DNA of 64,000 bases from Candidatus Aminicenantes bacterium (GTDB taxonomy: Bacteria > Acidobacteriota > Aminicenantia > S016-38). The DNA lies in assembly GCA_027068075.1 (NCBI GenBank), contig JAMOUJ010000003.1, forward strand, positions 110,506 through 174,505, written 5' to 3'. A program made the position numbers and the translations under genes. How positions within the stretch are numbered: the stretch's first letter is position 1; every line of letters begins with the position of its first letter. Under the pieces are notes generated by a model. The model had not been told where the DNA came from. It saw only the letters and a list, made by a program, of their open reading frames with translations, and did not search any database. Below, piece by piece: positions 29,773-37,754 of the stretch.

Positions 29773-31595
29773 ACTGGGAAGTCCTCTGCGGTGAATTCGC
29801 CCTGCTGGCCTTTCTTTTCCTCTCTGGACAGCCCTGGGTGCTCATCCCGGCCCTGCTCCTCCTGGCGGCGGAGTTTCTTCCGAGAGCCCTGTGGAAACCC
29901 CTTGCGGTTTTGCTGGTGGCCGCAGGAGCGAGTTTCTTCTTCTCTGCCTACGCCTCCGGACCCTATCTGGCCGGGGGAGTTTTCCTCTCATATCTGCTAA
30001 CCTCGGAGTATTTGTGGAGGGGCCGGGGCCCCTGGAGGGACTGGATAGTTCTATCTTCCCTCCTTCTGGTCTCCAACACCGCCCTCCTGGCCCGGGGGCC
30101 CGTCTTTCTCTTCCTGGCCGTGGCCTTTGTGGCCCTGTGCTTGCTTAGAATGTACTCCCGCCTCTACCCCCGGGAAAGGTTTTTATGGGGGTTCCTGGCG
30201 GTTCACCTGGCCGCCGTCTTCTTGCTGGCCCCCCTCGTTTTTATCCTCACGCCCCGCAAGGGCTTTATCGGATTGAAATCCGGCGTCGTTTCCGGACCCT
30301 CACCTTCGGTGGACCTGAACTTCTCCGGGGAGATATTTCCTTCCTCGGAAATCTTCATGGAAATAAAGGGGAAGGAGATACCCACCTACTGGAAGGGAAG
30401 GGTTTATTACATCTACAAAAACGGCCGGTGGGTAAACCCGTTCCGGGGAAGGGCAAAAACAGGAAGGGGAATCCTTGAAATAAATCCCCGGCGGACCCTG
30501 ACCGTGAGGTTATATTCTGACGAAAGCCTGGTGCTGCCCATTCCCACCGGGGGATGGTCCGTGATTCTTGAGAGAAACGGCTACTGGAGTTTTCGCCATT
30601 TCATAGAGTTTACGAAGCCGGTTCCAGTTTACCGGGTATTTCCCACGCCGGGAAGAACGATGGTCCTCAGGCCCCACGGGAACGGTCGGTTCATTATCCT
30701 GGGCCGGGAGGACCCTGCGGCCAAAGCCCGAAGCAGAATCCTTCTCCCTCCGGAAGCGGTCTCAAGGATCCGAAGGCTGGCGGAAACTCTGAGGGGAGAA
30801 ACCCTGGGGGAAAGCCTCAGGAAAATAAAGGATTATCTGAACGAAAATTACGAATACTCCCTTAAGGTAGAAAAACAGGGGAAGGATCCCCTGGAGGGTT
30901 TTCTTTTCGTAACTAGAAGGGGGCATTGTGAACTCTTCGCCACCGCCGCGGCGGCCCTTCTCTACGCCATGGGGTGGGATGTCAGGCTGGTGAGCGGCTT
31001 CAGGATAACTGAAAAGGGGGAGGGCTGGGCCCTGGTGAGGATGATGGATGCCCACGCGTGGGTTCAGGTCTGGGACGGGAAAGGGTGGCTGAATTACGAC
31101 CCATCCCCGGTCCTGCCCCGGAGGGGAAAACTCCTTCCCTTCAGGGGATTGGGGGCCAGGGTTCAACTTCTTTGGGAGCGCTATATTTCGGGCTTTTCCT
31201 ACCGTCAACAGATTAAGACCTTCCTCTGGATAAAGGAGAACCTCCCATGGATAGTCCTGGTAGCGCTGATGATTACGGTGGGCCTGAGGATGGTAAGACT
31301 CTCGCTCTTTCTCCCCCGGGAGGATAAGAAGAACCGCGTTAAGGAACGGGAAAACTCTACGAAGAGACCATGGTATTATCGGCGCATGCTGAAACTCCTT
31401 CCGGTGAAAAAGCCGCCCTGGCAGACTCCCCGGGAGTTTTCCGTCCTCCTGGGAAAGGAGGCCCAACTCATCACCATGTTCTACTACAGGGAAAGATTTG
31501 GTAAAATTCCACCGAATCCCCAGGAAGAGAAAAAGATAAAGGAGGCGCTTAAGAAAATTGAGAATAGATTTAAGCGAAGTAAAGGGAAGGATTGA
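29769..31595 (+). CDS. Membrane transglutaminase-like protein (TgpA/DUF3488 type)
   Basis: Multi-TM N-terminus with catalytic triad motifs GHCELFA, AHAWVQV and YDPSP. Confidence 0.9.
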   Translation: MNWEVLCGEFALLAFLFLSGQPWVLIPALLLLAAEFLPRALWKPLAVLLVAAGASFFFSAYASGPYLAGGVFLSYLLTSEYLWRGRGPWRDWIVLSSLLLVSNTALLARGPVFLFLAVAFVALCLLRMYSRLYPRERFLWGFLAVHLAAVFLLAPLVFILTPRKGFIGLKSGVVSGPSPSVDLNFSGEIFPSSEIFMEIKGKEIPTYWKGRVYYIYKNGRWVNPFRGRAKTGRGILEINPRRTLTVRLYSDESLVLPIPTGGWSVILERNGYWSFRHFIEFTKPVPVYRVFPTPGRTMVLRPHGNGRFIILGREDPAAKARSRILLPPEAVSRIRRLAETLRGETLGESLRKIKDYLNENYEYSLKVEKQGKDPLEGFLFVTRRGHCELFATAAAALLYAMGWDVRLVSGFRITEKGEGWALVRMMDAHAWVQVWDGKGWLNYDPSPVLPRRGKLLPFRGLGARVQLLWERYISGFSYRQQIKTFLWIKENLPWIVLVALMITVGLRMVRLSLFLPREDKKNRVKERENSTKRPWYYRRMLKLLPVKKPPWQTPREFSVLLGKEAQLITMFYYRERFGKIPPNPQEEKKIKEALKKIENRFKRSKGKD

Positions 31596-32160
31596 AATCC
31601 CCTACGGTATTTTCCGGTGCCGGTGTCAGGGGAGGGAAGTTCCCATGGACGAACTCCCTTCTGCCCTGGAAAATTTCCGGCGGGAATACGGAAGAGAACT
31701 TTACAAGACCTTCGGCCAGGACCCCACCAAGTTCCGTCCCTCCTCCGAAGCCCTACACAGAAGGTTGAGCCGGGGAAAACCCTTTCCGAAAATTCACCCG
31801 GCGGTGGACGCCATAAACCTCCTCTCCCTCATAAACTCCATCCCCTACGGCCTCTACGATTTTTCAAAGATAAGGGGAAACATCAAAATTCGCCTGGGAA
31901 AGTCCGGGGAAGGCTATCGGGGAATAGGCCGGGACTGGATAAACCTGGAGGGAAGGCTGCTTCTGGAGGACGGAGAAGGTCCCTTCGGAAACCCCACCGG
32001 CGATTCCTTCAGGACGGCGGTGGACCAGGGGACGGAAACTTTCCTGTATGTAATCTTCGCCCCTCCGGGATACCCCTCGGAGGAAGCCAACCTCCTTACC
32101 ATGGACCGTTTGAAAAAATGGCTGGAGGCTGAGATAATTGAATACGGGCTGAGAAGATGA
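31558..32160 (+). CDS. Stand-alone B3/B4 (PheRS-beta editing-like) domain protein
   Basis: DPTKFRPSSEAL, VDAINLLS, GLYD and GPFGNPTGDS motifs. Confidence 0.88.
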   Translation: MRIDLSEVKGRIEIPYGIFRCRCQGREVPMDELPSALENFRREYGRELYKTFGQDPTKFRPSSEALHRRLSRGKPFPKIHPAVDAINLLSLINSIPYGLYDFSKIRGNIKIRLGKSGEGYRGIGRDWINLEGRLLLEDGEGPFGNPTGDSFRTAVDQGTETFLYVIFAPPGYPSEEANLLTMDRLKKWLEAEIIEYGLRR

Positions 32161-33173
32161 AAATTGCTTTATGGTGGAAACCCTACAAGGACAAAAAGGT
32201 GCGGTGTTATCTGTGCCGCCACCACTGCGTGGTTTATCCCGGGCAGGCCGGGGTCTGTCAGGTAAGGGTCAACCGGGAGGGGGCCCTTTACTCCCTGGTC
32301 TATGCCCGGCCCATAGCCGTCCATGTGGACCCCATAGAAAAGAAACCCCTCTTCCACTTCCTTCCCTCCTCCAGGGCCCTTTCCATTGCCACGGTGGGCT
32401 GCAATTTCCGCTGTGCCAACTGTCAGAACTGGGACATAAGCCAGTACCGCTACGACGGGAGCAACATCGTGCCCGGGGAATACATGCCTCCGGAGGAGGT
32501 GGTGGAGGTGGCGGAAAGGACCAGTTCCCAGGTAATAGCCTACACCTACACGGAACCCACCATATTCTGGGAGTATGTCCTGGACACGGCTAAACTGGCC
32601 AAAAAGAAGGGTTTGAAGAACATCCTGGTTACCAACGGATACATAACCGAGGAGGCCCTGAAGGACGGCGATGGCCTCATAGACGCCGCCAATGTGGACT
32701 TCAAGTCCATGAGGAAAGAATTTTACGCCAAGGTGGTAAAGGCAAGGCTGGACAGGTTCCTGGACGGGCTCCGGGCCCTGTTCAAGCACCTGCCCTGGCT
32801 GGAGGTTACCACCCTCATAATCCCTGGATTTAACGACTCGGAAGAAGAGATACGGGAAATTGCTCGTTTCATAGTCCAGGAACTTTCCCCGGCGGTCCCC
32901 TGGCACATAAGCAGGTTCCACCCGGCCTATAAGATGAGTTACCTCCCCCCCACCCCCACCCGCACCATCAATCGGGCGGTGGAGATAGGATACGAGGAGG
33001 GCCTTCGTTTCGTCTACGCCGGCAACATTCCCACCTCTCCCTACGAAACCACCTACTGTCCCAAGTGTCAGACTCCCCTTATAAGGAGGGCGGGGTTTGA
33101 GGTGGTAGAGAACAGACTGGCCGACGGGAAATGTCCCATCTGCGGAGAACCCATAGAGGGCGTCTGGAAGTAA
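32157..33173 (+). CDS. amrS: AmmeMemoRadiSam system radical SAM enzyme
   Basis: DPIEKKPLFHF, CNFRCANCQNWDIS, YTYTEP, WHISRFHP and C-terminal CxxC pairs. Confidence 0.94.
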   Translation: MKIALWWKPYKDKKVRCYLCRHHCVVYPGQAGVCQVRVNREGALYSLVYARPIAVHVDPIEKKPLFHFLPSSRALSIATVGCNFRCANCQNWDISQYRYDGSNIVPGEYMPPEEVVEVAERTSSQVIAYTYTEPTIFWEYVLDTAKLAKKKGLKNILVTNGYITEEALKDGDGLIDAANVDFKSMRKEFYAKVVKARLDRFLDGLRALFKHLPWLEVTTLIIPGFNDSEEEIREIARFIVQELSPAVPWHISRFHPAYKMSYLPPTPTRTINRAVEIGYEEGLRFVYAGNIPTSPYETTYCPKCQTPLIRRAGFEVVENRLADGKCPICGEPIEGVWK

Positions 33174-34457
33174 TCAGGTCCTTCTCACCACCCTCACCAT
33201 GTGAACGCTGCAACTTATGCAGGGATCGTAGGCCCTCATTATCATTTCCAGGGGAAGTTCTATCTCCTGCTCCCCCTTGTCCAGAAGGTTCTGGGCGGCT
33301 ATTCTTATGTATTTTTCTATGTCGTCCAGGTTCTGGGTCGTGGGAATGACGAAGTCGGCCTCCTTCACCCTGCCTCCTTCTATCTCGTAATGGTGAATGA
33401 GAAGTCCCCGGGGTGCCTCCACTATGCCGGTGCCGGAGCCCGAATCCCTGGAGGGACTGGCCTCGTAGTAATCCGCCTTCTTTATAGCCTCCACCAGGGC
33501 CGGGATTTTTTCCAGGCAGAACAGAAGTTCTATGGCCTGGGCCACATTGTTGTAATGGGGGTTCTTCCACCACCGCTGATTGTAGTATTTTTTAAACCAC
33601 TTTTTCGCCTGCCCGTCCAGCCTTTCGCTCATAAGCAGGACCCTGGCCAGGGCTCCTACGGTATAGGGTTTCCCCTTGTAGCGGCACCTTTTGGCAAAGG
33701 AATGGGGCACCACATATTCGTTGGTAAGGGCCTTGTATTCGTCGGCGGGAAGTTCCGTCCCATCGGAAATTTTTATGGTATCGGCGGTGAAACCAAATTC
33801 TCCGTCCTCCGGCCACACCGAGGCAAAGGTGGTATCCGCCTCCATGTAGTCCGGGATATCCAGTTTGCCCCATACCGCCAGCCCCCTCTCAATTTCAGGG
33901 ATCAGATTTCTCGCCATTTCCGCTATCCAGTGGAGGTCCTCCTCCCCGGGAAGGGAACCGAAGCCCCCCACCTTCATGTTCTCCCCGTGGACCCTCCTTC
34001 CGGCTATTATCTCCATGACCCGGTTTCCGTATTTTTTCAATTCCAGGGCCCCCTTGACTTCCCGGGGAAAGGCCTTCATCATGGAGATGGCGTCGGGATA
34101 TCCCAGGTAATCGGGAAGGGCCAGCAGGTAATAGTGAAGGGAGTGGCTTTCTATCATCTCCCCGTAGTGGGCCAGTTTTCTGAGGAGTTTCGTTTTTTCC
34201 GAAGGCTCCACCCACAGGGCCCTTTCGTGGGCCCTTATGTCGGAAAGCCTGTGGGAGAGAAAGCATATGGCGCAGATCCTTGAGGTTATAGAAACCGCCT
34301 CTTCGGGGTATTTTCCCTTGACCAATTCCTCCATGAGCCTCGGACCTTCAAATATGTCCACCTTAACTTCCTTTACCTTGTTTCCCTCCACGAAGACCTC
34401 TATTCCTCCGTGGCCCTCCACCCGGGCCACCGGCTCTATGAAAACCTTCCTTTCCAT
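33174..34457 (-). CDS. Group 3b [NiFe]-hydrogenase large (alpha) subunit
   Basis: RVEGH, L1 RICAIC, EAPRG, and L2 DPCISCSVH with a short C-terminal extension. Confidence 0.95.
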   Translation of the reverse strand: MERKVFIEPVARVEGHGGIEVFVEGNKVKEVKVDIFEGPRLMEELVKGKYPEEAVSITSRICAICFLSHRLSDIRAHERALWVEPSEKTKLLRKLAHYGEMIESHSLHYYLLALPDYLGYPDAISMMKAFPREVKGALELKKYGNRVMEIIAGRRVHGENMKVGGFGSLPGEEDLHWIAEMARNLIPEIERGLAVWGKLDIPDYMEADTTFASVWPEDGEFGFTADTIKISDGTELPADEYKALTNEYVVPHSFAKRCRYKGKPYTVGALARVLLMSERLDGQAKKWFKKYYNQRWWKNPHYNNVAQAIELLFCLEKIPALVEAIKKADYYEASPSRDSGSGTGIVEAPRGLLIHHYEIEGGRVKEADFVIPTTQNLDDIEKYIRIAAQNLLDKGEQEIELPLEMIMRAYDPCISCSVHMVRVVRRT

Positions 34458-35240
34458 TTATTCCTCCTTGGCTTCCAGAAATTTTCTCAGTTTATCCGCC
34501 CTTTCCATGCCTCCGAAAATTGCGAACCTATTGACTATGTCCTCTACGCTGAACCCCCTTTCCCGGAGAAGGAATGCCTCCGCCTCCCAGTTCTCCTTCT
34601 CAATGGGGCCCCAGCAACCTATGCAGGGTATCCCCAGGGATGGACAGATGGCCCCGCATCCGGAATTGGTAAGGGGACCCATACACATCTCCCCCCGAAG
34701 GAGAAGGCACTCGTTCTCCTTCCACTTGCACTCGGCGCAAACCGGAAAATCCGGATGTCGGGGAATCACCCCCTTAGCCAGAAGGCCCGCCAGTTTAAGA
34801 AACGGCTCCTTCTCTATGGGACAACCGGGAAGGACGGCATCCACCTTCACATAGGCCGCCAGGGGTTTTGGAGGAAGGGGTTTTGTGAGGGTGACGGCCC
34901 TCTTTTTTCCGTAAACCTTCCTGTACATTTTATCCCAGTCCTCCCCCACGAACATGGATTGGACCCCACCGAAGACGGCGCAATGACCCATGGCCACCAA
35001 AATCTTGCTTTTCTTCCGGATTTCCTTGAGGTCCTCCAGGTCCTTCTCCGTGGAGACGGAACCCTCCACGAAGGCCACATCCAGGGACGCCTCTTCGTCG
35101 GCGGCGCTGGAGGCCATGACGAAGGACTTGATTTCAAATATGTCAAACAGTTTGAGGAGTTCGTCCTCGCAGTTGAGGATGTTGAGTTGGTCCCCGGCGC
35201 ATCCCGTAAGCCCGTATATTCCAATCTTAGGCTTCTTCAT
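34458..35240 (-). CDS. Group 3b hydrogenase small (delta) subunit
   Basis: GCAGD, VEGS, GHCA, PGCP, and C-terminal Cys-rich Fe-S motifs. Confidence 0.92.
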   Translation of the reverse strand: MKKPKIGIYGLTGCAGDQLNILNCEDELLKLFDIFEIKSFVMASSAADEEASLDVAFVEGSVSTEKDLEDLKEIRKKSKILVAMGHCAVFGGVQSMFVGEDWDKMYRKVYGKKRAVTLTKPLPPKPLAAYVKVDAVLPGCPIEKEPFLKLAGLLAKGVIPRHPDFPVCAECKWKENECLLLRGEMCMGPLTNSGCGAICPSLGIPCIGCWGPIEKENWEAEAFLLRERGFSVEDIVNRFAIFGGMERADKLRKFLEAKEE

Positions 35241-35250
35241 AACTCCCTCC

Positions 35251-36108
35251 TTAAATCAATCCCTTTACATTCTTAACATCCCAGAGGGTGAAGACCGGCC
35301 CGTCCACGCATACATACTTATGACCCACCACGCACTGGCCGCACTTTCCCATTCCGCACTTCATCTTCCTCTCCAGGGTCATGTATATGTTAGCGTCGGG
35401 GATCCCCAGTTTTATGAATTCCTGAACCACATATTTGTACATTACCGGAGGACCGCAGACCACGGCGGCGGTGTTCCTGGGGTTGACCTTCACATACTTG
35501 AAAAGGCTGGTTACCACTCCCTTGTCAAAGGGCCAATCGCCCTCGGGGTCCTCGTCCACGGTCAGGTAGCAGCGGAAGTCCTTCCTCTGCTTTAACTGAA
35601 AGAACTCCTCCCTGAATAGCATGTCCCGGGGGGTTCTGGCCCCGTGGAGATAGAAGAGTTTTCCAAAAAGGTCCCGGTTATCCAGGGCGTAGAGAAGGAG
35701 GGAACGCAGGGGAGCCGCCCCGAGACCTCCCGCCACGAAAAGGAGGTCCTTTCCTATCATCTTCTCCACCGGGAACCCGTTTCCGAAGGGTCCCCTCAGC
35801 CACAGGAAGTCGTTCTCCTCCAGTTGAAAGAGCCTGGAGGTGAGCCTTCCCACCTTCCGTATGCAGAATTCAAAGAGTCCGGGTCTGGAGGGGGTTGAGG
35901 TTATGGAAAAGGGGGCTTCCCCCACATAGGGAAGGGAAATCATCATGAACTGCCCCGGGGAATAACTGGAAGTTACGGGAAAAACCTTGTCCGGATTACA
36001 CAGCCTCACCTGAAAAAACCTCACATCCCCGGTGAGGTCGTATTTCCTCACGATCCTGGCCCTTTCGGGCATGTATGGATTGTCCTGGTGATAGAGAATT
36101 TCATGCAT
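35251..36108 (-). CDS. Group 3b hydrogenase gamma subunit (FAD/NAD(P), 2Fe-2S)
   Basis: PGQF, RGPFGNGF, AGGLG, CGPPVM and MKCGMGKCGQC motifs. Confidence 0.93.
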   Translation of the reverse strand: MHEILYHQDNPYMPERARIVRKYDLTGDVRFFQVRLCNPDKVFPVTSSYSPGQFMMISLPYVGEAPFSITSTPSRPGLFEFCIRKVGRLTSRLFQLEENDFLWLRGPFGNGFPVEKMIGKDLLFVAGGLGAAPLRSLLLYALDNRDLFGKLFYLHGARTPRDMLFREEFFQLKQRKDFRCYLTVDEDPEGDWPFDKGVVTSLFKYVKVNPRNTAAVVCGPPVMYKYVVQEFIKLGIPDANIYMTLERKMKCGMGKCGQCVVGHKYVCVDGPVFTLWDVKNVKGLI

Positions 36109-37147
36109 CTTTTACCTCCATTTTGGTCCACAGGGCCGTGGTTCTCTCCTGCCTGAGGGCCCTGACCACGGAAATCACATTGATTCCCACGGGACAGGAG
36201 ACCACGCACCGGCCGCACCCCACGCAGGCCGGGGCCCCGTATTCGCTCATGAACCCAACCAGTTTGTGGGTGTACCACAACTTCAGCCTTTCCGAACGGG
36301 CCTCCCTGAAATTATGTCCGCCGGCCACCATGGAATATTCCCTGAAAACGCAGGAATACCAGAATCTCTCCCGGTGCATCTCAGCCCTTTTCAGGTCGTA
36401 TTCGTCCTCCAGGTCAAAGCAGGTGCAGGTGGGACATACCATGGTGCATGTTCCGCAACTGAGACAGGCCCTGCCCATCTTCTCCCAAACCGGCGAGTCA
36501 TAACTGAAGGAGACTATCTCCGGCATTCCATCCAGGTCTACCTTGAGTTTAAAGGCCGCATCCCTTCTTTTCCTCCAGGCCACATAGTCGGAAATATCCT
36601 TCTGCTCCACATCCTCCAGGAACTTCCCCACCAGTTTCAGGGACTCTTCCCCCCTGGGGGAACCTACCCACACCAAAAGCCTGTCACCCAGATCCGTGAG
36701 GAAAAGGTCAAAGCCCTCGTTCACCGTTGAGGTGCCCGTGGCGTAGCAGAAACAATGGTCGTCGGGAACGCAGGAGAGTCCCACTATCAGGGTGGCCTCC
36801 TTGGACCTTTCGTAATAAGGATCGGTGAAAAGCCTGGTATAAAACCTGTGATAGATGTTAAGGGCGTGGATTTCACAGGGATGGAGTCCGAAAATCACCT
36901 TCCTTCTGGGCCTGTAATCGTCTTCCCAGGTATTATCCCGAAATTTGAGGGCGGTAAACCTGGGGGGAAGAAAGAACTTCTTGGCGGGGATGATGGTCCT
37001 CAGGGCTTCCAGGTCAAACTCCTCGGGCTTCGCCCTGGCGTAAACCACCTTCCTCCCCTTCCTCACCGGGCCCCACAACTCGCCGAATCCCTCAAGGCCC
37101 CGCAGGAACGGGAAGAGGTTGTTCCTCTTAAGTTTAAATAACCTCAT
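36101..37147 (-). CDS. Group 3b hydrogenase beta subunit (4Fe-4S)
   Basis: CLSCGTC...CPTC and CVGCGRC...CP motifs. Confidence 0.93.
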   Translation of the reverse strand: MRLFKLKRNNLFPFLRGLEGFGELWGPVRKGRKVVYARAKPEEFDLEALRTIIPAKKFFLPPRFTALKFRDNTWEDDYRPRRKVIFGLHPCEIHALNIYHRFYTRLFTDPYYERSKEATLIVGLSCVPDDHCFCYATGTSTVNEGFDLFLTDLGDRLLVWVGSPRGEESLKLVGKFLEDVEQKDISDYVAWRKRRDAAFKLKVDLDGMPEIVSFSYDSPVWEKMGRACLSCGTCTMVCPTCTCFDLEDEYDLKRAEMHRERFWYSCVFREYSMVAGGHNFREARSERLKLWYTHKLVGFMSEYGAPACVGCGRCVVSCPVGINVISVVRALRQERTTALWTKMEVKDA

Positions 37148-37180
37148 AAGGCCTCCATTTTTTCATTAGTTTCTAAATTG

Positions 37181-37209
37181 ATTATATATTACCACAAAAA
37201 ATTTTTCAA
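37181..37209 (-). promoter_or_regulatory. Putative sigma70 promoter of hydrogenase operon
   Basis: TTGAAA-17 nt-TATAAT in an AT-rich region upstream of GGAGG. Confidence 0.7.
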
Positions 37210-37252
37210 CCCCTAATTTAACGGGCTGTTTTTTTCAAAAAAGGGGGAAAAT

Positions 37253-37280
37253 AAAAAAAGGGGGAGCCTGCGGCTCCCCC
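37253..37280 (-). terminator. Intrinsic terminator downstream of RRM gene
   Basis: GGGGGAGCC-GCA-GGCTCCCCC hairpin followed by T7 on the minus strand. Confidence 0.85.
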
Positions 37281-37331
37281 GGGGTTCCGTGCGAGATTTC
37301 CTTTTATATCAGAGGCTCACACGGGCTGAGC

Positions 37332-37571
37332 TTACCTTCTCTCTGAACGGGCCTCGTCAATCCTGAGGGTCCTTCCCAGAAATTCCTTCCCGTTGAGGGC
37401 TTCCATGGCCCTGCGGGCTTCTTCCGGACTGCCCATTTCTACGAACCCGAATCCGCGGCTACCGATGATCCTGACGCTCTTGACCTCTCCGTACTGAGAG
37501 AAAAGTTCTTCCAGTTCCTGCTCGGTGGCGGAATACCGAAGGTTTCCTACATAAAGTTTTGAGTGTTCCAT
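37332..37571 (-). CDS. Single-RRM RNA-binding protein
   Basis: RNP2 LYVGNL and RNP1 RGFGFVEM. Start set at the ATG at 37571 after GGAGG. Confidence 0.93.
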   Translation of the reverse strand: MEHSKLYVGNLRYSATEQELEELFSQYGEVKSVRIIGSRGFGFVEMGSPEEARRAMEALNGKEFLGRTLRIDEARSERR

Positions 37572-37754
37572 TACACTACCTCCAAAATGCGATTTTTTGG
37601 ATTTCTCCAAATTTTTAAGGGGGCTCCAGGGAAGAGGCTCAATGGGACGGGGGGTTAAATACAGCGAAGCGAGGGAAGGGAAGTTTTCCGAGAAGCTCCG
37701 ATAGATTAAAAACAAATTTCACAACTCAAGTATACCACAGATCCCAAATTTTCT

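Noticed and set aside
37572-37715. 48-aa N-terminal extension of the RRM protein in the ORF track
   Set aside because: The SD and the domain boundary support the ATG at 37571. The region reads better as a 5' UTR.
37181-37725. Rex or FNR operator near the hydrogenase and RRM promoters
   Set aside because: Only half-sites are present (TTGTG, TTGAT, TTGTGAAA). No convincing palindrome.
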